From Zootoca vivipara (Eukaryota): 64,000 nt of DNA. Each line of letters starts with the position of its first letter. Within the stretch, counting starts at the first letter, position 1. Of the stretch, positions 12,301 through 25,060 are shown piece by piece. The stretch spans positions 13,454,001 to 13,518,000 of the forward strand of contig NC_083291.1 in assembly GCF_963506605.1 (NCBI RefSeq), in the 5' to 3' direction. The position numbers and the translations under genes are program-made. The notes beneath the pieces were generated by a model. The model saw nothing but the letters and a program-made list of their open reading frames with translations. It ran no database searches and was not told the origin of the DNA.

Positions 12301-13519
12301 GTCATTTGACCCTGTTTAAATGACCCTGTCATTTAAATGACCCTGTCATTTAAACAACAAATAACTCGTCCCGATAAAATGACAGGCTTTTATCATGGTG
12401 TGTATTAAAGTTTCGTTTGATTCTCATATTTTTTTAGAGAATGTCTGCTAAGGAGTGAACCACAACTGCAGAGCCTACAGATGGGCAGATATTCCCATTA
12501 GCATTTCTGCAGTTAGCCAGGAGTCTGCTCCGAGACTGCATTGATTGTGCAGCTGCAGTAAATTGTCCCAATCAGTGTAGTACTTGCTCACGGGGGTTCA
12601 CATGACTGGGTTTATTTATTGCTGCATTTATTTATTTATTTAAAATGAAATGTAGTGCCCAAATTTTCCTCTCTCTAAATGGAAAGCATCTAAAATGAAA
12701 CAAAACAAAAAAGTGAGAATACAATCATATATATATATATATATATATATGAAAGAATGCAATAAATAAAAGAAAATAACTCTCCCAGGCTAAAACAACA
12801 TAACAACAAATGGAGAGAGCCAGAGCTAAAAGCAAATACCACAATCTAAACAGAAGTAGAATCTAACTCTGGTTGAAATTGCTTTATAAAGATCCAAGGT
12901 TTTTAAATTATTTAGATTTTTTTTTTAAAAAAAATGTTTTTAAAAACCTATTTCCCATCCTTAGCCCTAAGTCCCCAGGCAAATCACAACAGTACATAAA
13001 TCAATTAGCATTAAAAGGAAAAAGAAGAAAAAATATGTACAACGAAATGCAATACAATCATTCATTTAAACACATCCCCCTCAATAGCTGAAAGGCCAAA
13101 AGTACTCCAGCCCTGCTCTACATGAAAAAGCCTGTCTCCTGCTGATTCTGCAAGATGAACAGCAAACATCTGTGAAGATGTTTCAACTCTTGTTGAAAAC
13201 TCTTGGATAATAGAAGAAGAGTATGGTGTCTGGATAAATTGACTGTTTGGGGGGCATGGAATGGCAGACTTCCAAGAGAAAATGTTATCTTCTCAGGAAG
13301 CTCCAACCCTTAAGTCCTGCTGAGTCCAGTTACGACTTCTGAAGTCTTTCTGGTCACTACATCTGAGAACTCACATAGCAATGTGGTTAAGAGCTTGAGC
13401 TAGAAATTGGAAAGAAGCCGAGACACAAAAAAAATGCAGGACATTTTTGAGCACTAAGATTTTGGTCCTGGAATTCTGGATCTCAAATGTGCGCTTTATA
13501 AACCTGAACCTAAACTGGT

Positions 13520-14003
13520 TTTTTGTTTTGTTTTTAAAGACATTTTATTACATTTTCCAATTAAACACATTTAACAATAACAAAACAAACAACAACAAAC
13601 ATAACATAAACATAACAAACACAAACTTTTTCTTCTAACCATCTTGTCAATTACTACAATTTTCTTGCTCTGCCGAGCTTTGACTTCCCTCCCTCCCCCC
13701 AAACGGTTTTTCCTATCCATTCCTGTCTTGCAGTTCCTTTATTCCCTCTATTTAAAGTCAATTCGTAGGATTTATTTCAGTCCTGCAAGTGTCTTTAAAC
13801 TTCTACAGTTCTCCTCCATATAGCCCACAAATTTACTCCAATCCTTTTGGAACTTCGACTCTCCCTGGTTTCGGATCCTGCTAGTCAGTCTTGCTAATTC
13901 CGCATAGTCCATCATTTTTGTCTACCACTCTTCAATCGTCGGTAACTCCTGAGTTTTCCATTTTGGGGCTAACAAAGTCCTAGCCGCGGTTGTCGCATAC
14001 AGA
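13520..14003 (-). mobile_element. L1/Tx1-clade LINE 3' fragment
   Basis: Minus strand reads LYATTAARTLLAPKWKTQELPTIEEW...MDYAELARLT...FQKDWSKF, an L1-type ORF2 C-terminus; T-rich run (reverse poly-A) at left. Confidence 0.75.
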
Positions 14004-14161
14004 ACCTGAACTGGTTTTTGTCAGGAGTATTTTCTCATCCCACCCCTTCCTTAACTCCCCTTGTTCTTATTCTAGAAATGCCAGTGGCGAATACTTTATT
14101 GGATGCTAGGAAATGACATCTGCCGTTCCTCTAATAAGCAGCAATGTCTCATTGAGGAAAC

Positions 14162-14298
14162 CAGTGCTGTTTTTCTAGAAAAAGAGGGGCCAGAACACAC
14201 CACAAACACCTCCCTCATTCTCTTAGAATGACAATGGTGTCCACCTGAGAGGTGCCAGAACTGGGTTCTGTTGAGTTCTGGTTGGGGGAAAAGCCCTG
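14162..14298. mobile_element. hAT-type MITE
   Basis: CAGTGCTGTTTTT...AAAAGCCCTG termini; inverted homolog at 41733-41910. Confidence 0.65.
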
Positions 14299-15501
14299 GA
14301 AGAAACACTAATAATGGCGATGAAATGTATTAATTTATTTCTGTTTACAAAACTCGCAGTTTAAAGAAGGGTAAATTAATTGAATAATTGAATTTTTAAA
14401 AAATCTAATTGTAAGAAACAGTAAATCTAGCATAGCAGAAATGCATGGAAGTGCTTACACCACAGTAATCAGTTAACTGTCAACTCCTGTGTGTATTTAT
14501 CTACACAGAAGTAAATCCCACTGAATTCAATTATACGTACTTTTGTCAAACCAATAACTGCTTTTAAAATTTTAGATTTCACCTGTCTCCCAATCCTTAG
14601 TTATGTGGATGGAGACTAAGCACAAATGCAAAGGCAACGAATTCCGAGGAGGAGAGATACTATAGAAAAAGATATTCTTTGTGGTCCAACCAATTCTACC
14701 CACCCCCTCTAATTTTGCAAATATAACAAAAACAAAAAAGAAACCTTGTCAGCTCGCACCAACACTAAACATATATATTAATATAAATAGTCCATAAATC
14801 CACATTGGTATCCAAATGAGATTGAAGATTATAAGATATACCAGGGGTGCCAATCTGCCCAGCAGTACCTCCTATGGTGCACACAAAAAGTCTCAATAAA
14901 TATTCTCTCAGAAATCTACGATGCATGAGAGACTGTTTGTCTTGCTCTGTTCCTGTTTGCAATAACTTAGACTCTCCTATACTGAACATGTCCCCTTAAA
15001 TATTTCTTTGCATGTCAGGATTGGGTGCCCATACTCCCATCCATATTAATAGTGTAGGTGTGCAAAAAGTTTCTCTCTGTGAATGAGGGCAGTGTTGTCT
15101 GATATAGAAACCTTTTCCCTGCACTGATGGGACTAAAAAGGTCCCCCTGTACCATTTTGTCTTCCTGTCTCTTTTTGTTGTGGGAATCCTTATGCCATGC
15201 CTTAACAGCAGCCACTTTGCATTGTGGCACACCCCATGGCAGCCATTTTCAATTCCCACAGTGGTCCTTTTGTGAATGGCCATGTCTGTACAGCAGCCAT
15301 TTTGTGACTCTCTCTCCCACGTCACTTTTCCCCCCTCAAAATTTTAGATTTCTTCATTCACCCCAAAAGGTTAGTGACTTCTGGGATATATGTTAAAACT
15401 TCGAAAAGACAGTGGGATCTTCAAACTATTAAGTAATAGATTATGGCCACTTGCCCATCCAGCCTTGAAGTAGCTTTGCAACCCAAAAGGTTGAGATTCT
15501 A

Positions 15502-15973
15502 TTTCAAAACATATAAATACAGAGTAAAATCAACAAAACAAAAACATATTTTCAAACGTATAATCCCATACATATTGAAATATACATACATCGATTTCCC
15601 CCCTCCATCACCACCCATCCCCTACCCCTTACACCTCCCTTCCCTCCACCTCAGCTAGATTTCCTAAAATAAAACTGAACATACTTCCATCTATGCATTC
15701 CAAAACACAATTTACTATTCTACTATAATTCCCTTTCTCAGTTAATATTATTTCACTGTTACTTTAACCCCACATTTTAATCCAGGCATAGCAGCGTATT
15801 ATTCTCTGAGCAGTGTTTAACCGTATACACATCGAAACATTTCCACTCTTTTTTAAGCTTTTGTTTAGATTGATTTCTAATTATTGCTGTTAATTTTAGC
15901 CAATAATAGGTACTCAATTAGTTTACTGATCCACTCCTCTTTTGTAGGTAATATATATATATATATATATATA
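15502..15973 (-). mobile_element. 5'-truncated L1-clade insertion
   Basis: 17-bp TSD AAAAGGTTGAGATTCTA at 15485-15501 and 15974-15990; minus strand LPTKEEWISKLIEY...KKEWKCF resembles the 13520 element. Confidence 0.8.
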
Positions 15974-16751
15974 AAAAGGTTGAGATTCTACCTTGGTAAA
16001 TAAAGAGATACAGAGCAGCTTCCCAACTCTGGATATGTGGGGATAGGTGGAACATTCTGGAGAACGCACTTTCTAAGATCTAAGAGGCCCAGGGTGTTCA
16101 GGGCAAACAAAGAAAGTATAAAGCTATTTCTGGATAATAGAGAAGGAAATTCAGATGTCATCCCATACGCTCTCTCTCTTTCTTGGCTGTTTTTCATCAG
16201 TTAATAACATATCACTTTACATTATTCATAAGAATATGGCAACAGATATTTAATAGGCAAGATCTCAAGGGACTGTTCCCACGCAAGAAGCAGCTGCAGC
16301 TCTGCTTGTCAGAAGTCATCCACAGTTTCATGGTTTAAAGGTCCTTGTGAGCATTTCCTTTGACTTCAGAAACCATTTGCAACCAGTAAGAACTGGGAAT
16401 ACACTCTCAGCTGTAGAGATGCAATTAGGACGCAGCAGGGCTGGAAATTCTATACTGCAGCAACCGTACTCTGCAAATCTTGAAATGTGCTCTCGCTCTC
16501 TAACACAGTGTGGGGCAGCGCCTGAGAAAATTCTGACAATTGCAGCTTAATTTATCAGTTAGGTAACTCCTAGCATTCCTAGTACGGGGAGCAGGAAAAG
16601 CACGAGGCAGCCAAGTTAATGACCTGGCCATAGATAAGCATTTTAAAGGCCCACTGATTTCAGTCGGACAGGTTTAAGCATGTGTTTTAGTGTCCCCTTG
16701 TAATTACTGGGAATTTAAACTGCTTGAGTTTGGCTAGATGAACAGCTTTGT

Positions 16752-16882
16752 NNNNNNNNNNNNNNNNNNNNNNNNNNNNNNNNNNNNNNNNNNNNNNNNN
16801 NNNNNNNNNNNNNNNNNNNNNNNNNNNNNNNNNNNNNNNNNNNNNNNNNNNNNNNNNNNNNNNNNNNNNNNNNNNNNNNNNN
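16752..16882. other. Assembly gap (N run)
   Basis: 131 consecutive N. Confidence 0.99.
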
Positions 16883-17337
16883 TTGGCAGAGAATGGATGG
16901 AGAACTCCACAGGAAACAGAAAGGATTGGCTCTTCTGTTTTTCCTCTATAAACTCTCCTGCATGCGGTTCTTTGTTGTCTTTGGCTACTAGGTTAGTGTT
17001 TATATACAGTAGTGGTCTAGACCCCACTTTGACATCTTATTTACTCCTCTTTATCAGCCAGATTTTCTCTATTCCCACCAGCTTTTCTGATTATCCTCCA
17101 CATCTGCAGGTGGATAATAGTAGTTTCCAGTGTGCTGGAACATGATATGGGGGAGGGATAATTGGCCATGAATGATCCCACTATGGTCTCTGATGAACAG
17201 AACACACAGCACAGGTAGCTAACCAGGTCTTACTGGATACCAATTTGGGCCAGGCAGCATGGCCAAAAACCTGAGGTGATGGGCAGTGCAGTCCAACAAC
17301 ATCCAGAGGGCCAGAGGTTAGCCACTCCTTGTATATA

Positions 17338-17554
17338 CAGTGGTACCTCTGGTTACGAACTTAATTTGTTCCGGAGGTCCGTTCTTAACCTGAAACCATT
17401 CTTAACCCGATTAGGTCATGGGGCCTCCCGCTGCCGCTGAGCAGCCAGCACACGATTTCTGTTCTCATCCTAGGGCAAAGTTCATAACCCGAGATACTAC
17501 TTCCGGGTTAGCTGAGTCTGTAACCTGAAGTGTTTGTAACCCTATGTACCACTG
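17338..17554. mobile_element. Tigger-like MITE
   Basis: TA|CAGTGGTAC...GTACCACTG|TA; inverted relative to 5462. Confidence 0.9.
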
Positions 17555-18255
17555 TACTGGGTTTTGTCATGTTTCAAGAACCTGTAAGAGACAGGAGTGA
17601 GGGAGAAAGTGTGAACACCAGGGTGAGAGATCTGTGGCCTTCCAGATGTTGCAGTACAACAACTTCTGTCACCCTTGACCATTGGCCATGGTGGCTGGGG
17701 CTGACGGGAGCCCAGTAACATCTGGGAGGCCATTGCATTTCAGCTGTATCCTGCTGATGTGTCTCGTCTTGGTTTCATATGTATATAATTACTGGTCCTT
17801 TGTGCTTCGAACCATCACAAGCACAGTGATAGCGTGTGCCAAGTACATTAGTATACCATGAGGGAGCCACAATGAGAAATCAGTAAACATTTAGAGGCTC
17901 CTATGAGCCAAAGCACCCATTCACAAAAGATAGATACCTCTTCCTGTATCTTTGAATGCGTCCTTAGCCTCCGCTTGGCTGTAATTGACCTGAAGATACG
18001 CAGGGAATAGACTCCTCCCTAGAGGGCAATACCCATTCTGACATATTCTGTAGGGAAATAAAGGTACGGGTAACCAAAGTGTACCTCCAAGTGTTATTTA
18101 ATTGAGGTAACTGTAATTTTCACCCCCACCTCACCCCCATCATGAATGGCATCTCAAAGGGGCAATTTAGATTGCAAATGCAGTACTTGGGAAATGGCTA
18201 CATTTCCTCAGCACCCCTAATTTGATCAGATTTGAAGTTTCCAACCCATGACTAC

Positions 18256-18302
<47 letters not shown>

Positions 18303-18369
18303 GATCAGGGTATACTGATCACAAAACACATGTTAGGTACTGAGCTGAATCCTAGAACAATAGGATCCA

Positions 18370-18620
18370 AAATGCAGCAGTCTCATTGATTCGCAGGAGC
18401 CACCCAATCCAGCTCCAGGTGGAAGTGAATCCGCAACCTGATTGGCCTGCAGGAGCAGCCAATCAGGCTGCTGGCAGAAGTGAATCTGCAACCTGATTGG
18501 CCTACAGGTTTTTTATCTTATATTTTGGAAATGTACATCCAGGTTTGTTTTTTTCCTTTAAATTTTTTGGTGGGGCCCTAAGCTATAGCTTGTTTAGCTT
18601 ATATGTAAATCCGGCACTGA
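18370..18620. mobile_element. Partial DNA-transposon-derived repeat
   Basis: Internal repeats GAAGTGAATC(C/T)GCAACCTGATTGGCCT; right terminus AATCCGGCACTG. Confidence 0.5.
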
Positions 18621-18850
18621 ATGCATCCAGCCAGCCATGCCCCTTTAGATTCCAGTGAACCCTCCAGATACGAATTAAATTCATTCCGGGGATCCATCCT
18701 CAACCCGAAAAGTCCATAGGCAGAGGCACCGCTTCTGCACACGAGTGCGGCGCGCAGAGTGCTTCTGCACATGCACTCACAGCGAAACCTGGAAGTATAC
18801 ACTTCCGGGTTTGCCACGTTCGTAACCCGAAAGTTACATATCCAGAGCGG

Positions 18851-19012
18851 GTTACAGGTAGGTAGCCGTGTTGGTCTGGGTTGAAGTAAAATAAAAAAAA
18901 TTCCTTCAGTAGCACCTTAAAGACCAACTAAGTTTTTATTTTGGTATGAGCTTTCTTGAAGTGTGCATGCACACTTAGTTGGTCTTTAAGGTGCTACTGA
19001 CAGAATTTTTTT
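18851..19012. mobile_element. Penelope-like element terminus with inverted arms
   Basis: GTAGGTAGCCGTGTTGGTC end also seen at 57958; inverted repeat CAGTAGCACCTTAAAGACCAACTAAG / CTTAGTTGGTCTTTAAGGTGCTACTG; flanked by duplicated ATATCCAGAGCGG. Confidence 0.75.
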
Positions 19013-19038
19013 ATATCCAGAGCGGTATGTAACCAGAG

Positions 19039-19174
19039 CAGGCATCCCCAAACTGCGGCCCTCCAGATGTTTTGGCCTACATCTCCCATGATCCCTAGCT
19101 AACAGGACCAGCGGTCGGGGAAGATGGGAATTGTAGTCCAAAACATCTGGAGGGCCGAAGTTTGGGGATGCCTG
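19039..19174. mobile_element. 136-bp hAT (Buster/Charlie-type) MITE
   Basis: TIR CAGGCATCCCCAAACT...AGTTTGGGGATGCCTG; TSD AACCAGAG/AACTAGAG. Confidence 0.92.
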
Positions 19175-19247
19175 AACTAGAGGGTCCACTGCATTCCATT
19201 TTCCCTCCACCACAGACACACTGCTTTCTCGGGCCAGTGCCCATGTG

Positions 19248-19399
19248 CAGGGCCGGCTCTAGGTAGAACCCTGGTGGCACGGTGTGCCAGGGCACCGAGC
19301 CGGTAGGCAGAAACCATGCTGCGCCCTGCAAGGGCGGGGGCGTCAGAGCGATCTCCACCCCTCAGCACCAGGGCGCGTGACCTGCTCGAGACTGCCCTG
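19248..19399. mobile_element. GC-rich hAT MITE
   Basis: CAGGGCCGGCTC...GAGACTGCCCTG; TSD CCCATGTG/ACCATGTG; same family as 39-187. Confidence 0.85.
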
Positions 19400-19493
19400 A
19401 CCATGTGCCATCTTCATTGGGTTGCTTTGGGATACAGCTATATTTCCTTGGATTCCTTCCCCCTTTTTGTCTAATCTGGCAAACCTTCAGTTG

Positions 19494-20032
19494 TGTGGCA
19501 ATGTCCCTCCCTCCCCGTGAGAATAAGGCACAAAACACATGTGACAAATTTAAATGGGCAAAAAGGCCACAACTTTATTGGTTACGGATGTTGAGCGGTA
19601 TTGGCTTAGGCATTGGACCCTAACTGTCTATGTCCGACTCCACCCCGTGTGTTGGACGTCCGGGAAGAGTTAACCACCAGTAAGGAGCCCCAGTGATGTA
19701 CATCAACCGAAACTCCTCCTGTGATCACCGTTAGGGGCATGCCTTACAACGCTGGCCTCCCCAGGCTTCGGACCAGGCCCCACCCCCAGAATCCTTTAAT
19801 GGAATACTCCTCCGTTTGCAGCTGGAGCGTGGGGTAAAAGAGACCGGGTTCATGCCCGTCTGCTGCTTAAAGGAAGCAGGACATTCCCCCTGGGCAAATG
19901 GATTGGTCAACCCCCCAAATGATGCGGGCGGGAACCCCCCCCCAATTGCGTAGGGCCCCTGCGCGCTTGTTTGGGTCGTGACGCCCACAACTCCACCTCC
20001 GACGCAGGTGTGGAAGTGGTTTTCCCCCAGCA
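19494..20032 (-). mobile_element. Probable solo LTR
   Basis: TG...CA ends, CpG-rich, minus-strand AATAAA about 80 bp from the 3' end; no TSD found, boundaries approximate. Confidence 0.55.
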
Positions 20033-22424
20033 CGTCTGACCTCGGCTTTGTTTCTCAGCAGCACCCATCATAGCTCAGCACCTGAGTCCACTCTTAGTGT
20101 ACAGTTTACTAATTTCAGAAACACTGCAGAAGTTGAAAAGGAACATTAGGTTGTAAGAGCCTGCTAGATTTGTTGGCTTTTTCCAAGGGTCAGAACTGGG
20201 TGTGTTCTGGCCACAGAGATGATGGTTTTGTCTCCAGGATGATGGACAGTTGATTATTTGGAATCTTCTCCCTTCCCCCCTCTTACAGTCCGACGGGGTA
20301 GAGACTCCTCCTCCCAAAAGCACGATCGTTTTATACTTGTTGATAAGCTTCCAGATGGCAAAGGGGTTACCAAATACGATTGGAAATATATTTTCAAGAA
20401 AGTCAGATCCAACAAGGTTTAAGGGAATTCTTGTGGGGATATTCCTTAATTAAAGTATATTTTCCCTTAGGGAGGTGCTGCATTTGATTTATTTTTACTC
20501 AAATCAAGAATTAAATCAAATGTTAGACCAACCCTGCAGGGAAACCCCATATTTCAATTATAAGGGATGTTGTTTGCCCTTCCAGGGAACACAGGCAATG
20601 CACATGGTAACAGTATCTTAAGGCTTGGAGCAAATTCACTTCCACAAAGTAGTGTGGCCTCTCAAAGGAGCAAACAAGGAGAATCATAGTAGATTAAAGC
20701 TGACAGGGAAAATGGAGCTCAGAGAAGGATTGTCCTTGTTTTTATCTTGAAGGAACAACATATTCCTTATGCAGTACATTCCCCCCCCCCCCGCACTTTT
20801 AATACTCTAGACCTAAGGGACTACATGCTGGATTGCTTCAATTAACCTACACATTAGAGCTCAGAGCCACTGGATTTAATGATTGCGCTCTTGAAATTTT
20901 AAAAAGAATATAATGTAACTCACTGCTCATATGCATACTTCAAGGCCTTGGAGTTATGAATACAAGTGAATGATGAACTGAAATGAGTGTGGCTTTGCTG
21001 CGAGACTTGCTCATTCTCCTCAGCTCATCACCAGAGTTACATTCACACACAAAAAAAAAAATATTTGAACCCATGTGCTGATATACCCAACTTTAGTTGG
21101 GCTTGGAGGAGTAAATGGTAGGAGATTGCACAATGAATAAATGCATACAATGTGACTTCTTCCAGGGTTCCACAGTTAAGGCTGGTTCACACATCTATGT
21201 CTATCAACCTTTGATGACTGAAGCTGTAAATGGATTCCACTGAAAAGCATCAGGACTGAAATGATGTGATGTAATCTGTGATGTTGGATCTCTGATGCTG
21301 TGTTAGGAGAGGGGTAGTAACTCTGGTGGGGCTGGGTATGTCATGTTCCTTCTCTGGTAGTCTGTCCACCTTTGGTCCCTACCCTGCACTAAGCTCTCAT
21401 CTGTAGCTCCTAGAAGCTGTCAGCACATGACAGTGGCCACACCCTGGGACTGACCAGGTGAAGGTAGCCAGCGCATCTCAAACCCTCAGAGAGTTAGGTT
21501 TCCCTTGCGTGCAAAGGCAGTCTCTGGCACATTGAGACCAATAGTGGGTCCAGTGGTCAAGGAAGTGGTTTCTTCATGTGCTGCAGAGGGAAGCGAAATG
21601 CACTTAGAGTATTCCTTGTAATCACAAACACTGATAGTGCAGATTTACAGAACATGGGGAGGATTTGTAGTGCATTGAGACGAATTCACTTGGAATCGTC
21701 TTCCAGACCTCCTCTCTCACTGCAAGGTCTACAGTGGAGCTAGCACATGTGGGGACATTAAGGGCAGAGCATGTTTGCATGCTCCTGTCCCACTTTTAGC
21801 CCACACATGTACAGGGGTATGTCTGGCTGGTTTCTCATATATGGGCTCAGATTGGTTGTGACCATGTGGAGGTTTTCTGACCCCCCCCCCTTGCAAGATA
21901 TTCTCGTGTGATATCCTACTTAAAAGATATTAGCCCAGCTGAAACCAGATTCTAGAAATTTGCATCATGGGGGGGGGGGTAAGACTCATTCAGAAGACTT
22001 GTTTGTTTATTTTGATAAATAATAATGAGACTTTTTGAAGATTGCCTTAGAATAAATTTCAAGTCTCTGAAGTTTAACATGAGAAACTGACTTCAAAAAG
22101 AAATGAAGTAATAACCAGTTCTGAGTCCCATGTGCATTAAACTTTTTTCCCTTTTTTGTCATTCTACTCATGCTATTAAACATGCAAAAAGCTAAGCTTC
22201 TCTCCACCCTCTTTTTACTGATGAGCATTTCAGAGCTCATCTTGGGCTTCACTTATGCGAATGTGGACGGTGGCTGTAATGTTTCGAAGCACGACCTGTC
22301 ATCTTGTATACCATTCAGTGAACATGTTTAACAAGCCACACAAAAAAGGTTTCAGAGGGTTTACTTGTCATCTTGCTATTGGTCAGGAAGCAGAGTCGTA
22401 AGAGCTGAATGTTGCCCTCTAAGC

Positions 22425-22560
22425 CAGGCATCCCCAGACTTCGGCCCTCCAGATGTTTTGGACTACAGATCCCATCTTCCTCAACCACTGGTCCTGTTAA
22501 CTAGGGATCATGGGAGTTGTAGGCCAAAACATCTGGAGGGCTGCAGTTTGGGGGTGCCTG
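22425..22560. mobile_element. 136-bp hAT MITE
   Basis: Same TIRs as 19039; perfect TSD CTCTAAGC. Confidence 0.92.
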
Positions 22561-22599
22561 CTCTAAGCCTTTGTCACTCTCCTTGGCCCCTCAGACTAC

Positions 22600-23420
22600 G
22601 CCCGTTATTGGTTGTGCTCCACCCCTCAGCTTTCATCTGGCTGGAATATACCCCTAGCTGCTTCTAATGTACTTAAATATTTTTGTTGTTGCCAAACTTA
22701 CTGTTTTTAGTGATGTGTTCCTTGAATTCTTTCTCCTTTCTTTCTTTCTTTCTTTTTTCACCCTTTATTGTCTGCAATGGTTTCTCCTTTTTTTGCCGAA
22801 CTTTGTGTTCCTTTTTGTTCTCTTCATTTGGACAAGACTCTCATTTTCTGAAGGAAGCTTTCTTTCCTTTAATAGTTTCTTTGACTCTGCTCATTAACAG
22901 CCCTGGCATCCTCTTGGCAATGCTGGTACTTTTTTTCCTGATCTGCGGTGTGCCTTCCAGCTGAGTTTCTATTGTCATGCTTTTGAATAACCCCCTAAAG
23001 TCTATAGAGACTTGACCCTCTTGACTTTCGCTTTCAACTTCTTATTTACCAGTCCTCTGGGTTTTGTTTTGTTTTGTTTTTAGAAGTTTCCTCTTTTGAA
23101 GTCAAATGTGACTGCATTGTATTTACTTGGCAATTGTTAACTTACATATATGTTAACTCTGATAGTACTGTGGCCACTGTTCTCAGTAAGTTCAACAATA
23201 CTTACATCTAGCAGGGAGTCCTGGCCACCACTTAAGATGAAGTCCAGGGCAATCGCCATTCTGCTCAGCTGCATGACCGACTGTTCTAGGACACAATCTT
23301 TTAGGGTATCTAGAAATGTTACCTCTTTGTTCTGCCTGGAACACATGTTTACCCATCCTTGAACCAGTCACTCCTCCGTAGGGTATCTCAGATCTACCTA
23401 ATCTACCTTTTAAATTACAA
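22600..23420 (-). mobile_element. Old CR1 ORF2 fragment (endonuclease C-terminal/linker region)
   Basis: ORF 23137-23346(-) FLDTLKDCVLEQSV...LDFILSGGQDSLLDVSIVELTENSGHSTI resembles the CR1 motif LEQ.V..PTRG.A.LDLIL...SDH. Confidence 0.7.
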
Positions 23421-25060
23421 CAGTTTCCTCTAATCTTGTGCCTTCTGAATCACACTGAGCTATAACTCACATCATCCCTGACCACTGGCCATGCTGGTTG
23501 GGGCTGATTATAACTGAAGTCCAAAACATCTGTAAGGCACCAGGGTTTACGAAGGCTATAATGAGATGGTCTCTGTGTACACCATCTGGCTACAAATAGA
23601 GGTTTCTGTGGCGGAGGAGGAGCTTTCTGTTGGTACAATAAGTTAAAATGATGCCTCATGGCCAGGTGGAAGTTCAAAACACAGGTCCATATGCACATTA
23701 CTGAAACCTCACCAGATTTTTTCTTCTTCTTAATGATAATGTAGAAACATCCACACCAGCCCCACTCTTTCTCTTCCTCCTGTGCTACTGAACCATGTAA
23801 TTAGCTAACCCATCTCTGATGAAATGACAGCCAGCAATATTTCTTTAATTAGTGTCATCTTCACAATTTTATTCAAAATAGTCCTCCATGTAATTACTGA
23901 TACTTGTTGAGTGAGGGAGAGAAGAGGGGAGAGAGAAAGAGAGGTTATTTACTGTGGAAAATGGCAAATGTGCAGAATACATTGTGTTCTCGGGATTCTA
24001 GAGGGAGTCTGTTTTAAATATGGAAAGTTTTCACAGGAGGGGGGGGGATCTAATTAAAACATCCCTAAGATGTCCTTTTTATCCAGAAAGAAAGGTGGTC
24101 TTGTCCATAGGCAGACAAATCCACTTTCTCCTTCTAAGGCAACTGTGTTTGCCCGGAGTTGAATGAATAAACCAGGTAGCCTTTCATTATCAATATTCAC
24201 AGTACAATCTCTCTGTTACACATCACAGCAGAGTCCCAATGGATGCCTATGACTTTTTCATTTCTTTTGTTTACTAAGCTCTGCGGTGGCAACTTGCCAG
24301 TTTCTTGTAAGAGGAAAATCCACCTGTGTGCCAATCTTCATGCAGGACTGAAAGCTAAAAAGGAAGGGGAAGAAGAAGATGACAAACAGAGAGATAACAA
24401 GAGGGGAAAGTATTGTCTTTAATTCCGCTGCAAATTTCTGGGGTGGGGTTTGGAGCAGAAAGGAGGCTTGTTATCCTCATTTGCCATGAAACTTCAGTGT
24501 TTTGTGCAGATGGGTTCATTAGCAAATAAAATAATGCGACACTCTCCACACATAGACACACACACTCACACACATAATGGGGGGAAAGCATTCTCTTCTG
24601 GATAGCAGCTGTTTCACTGTCACACCTTTTGAAAACCTAGATATAAAGACAAATATTGCGAATGTTATGCGAGCCACAGAGCTAAGCCTCCGTGAAGTGC
24701 ATGGCTTTTCATTTATCACACTTGAAAAGAGTGGCTTTCAGAAAGTTATATGTCCATCTGTAGTTCCCGTTTCATGGGTGCGATTGTATGAAAGTCAATG
24801 AACTGTTGCGGAACTTACTTATATGTCTGTTGCTATTTAAAGGTTCCAAAGCCACTAATCAAATTTTCTCCCACAAAAGATGTTGTTCAACAGCTCATGG
24901 AATCTTAGGAATATTTGCTTCTTCTTTTTTTAAGCGTTGCTCATGAATCTCAGAATTCAAATCATTTTGGTGCTCAGTGCCAAAGCTAAGAGCACAGTGC
25001 TATTTGTGACATCAGGGCAATGAAACCAGGGATTAGGTGGGATCCAAATGTTGTTGGATG

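Larger units (their letters stand above)
18653..19191. mobile_element. Tigger-like MITE hosting two nested insertions
   Basis: TIR CAGTGAACCCTC...GAGGGTCCACTG; interrupted at 18851-19012 and 19039-19174. Confidence 0.75.

Noticed and set aside
16734-17145. ORFs spanning the N run
   Set aside because: Artefacts of the assembly gap.
21335-21600. Possible RTE 5' UTR-like old repeat
   Set aside because: Only a vague resemblance; no termini, TSD or second copy in the window.
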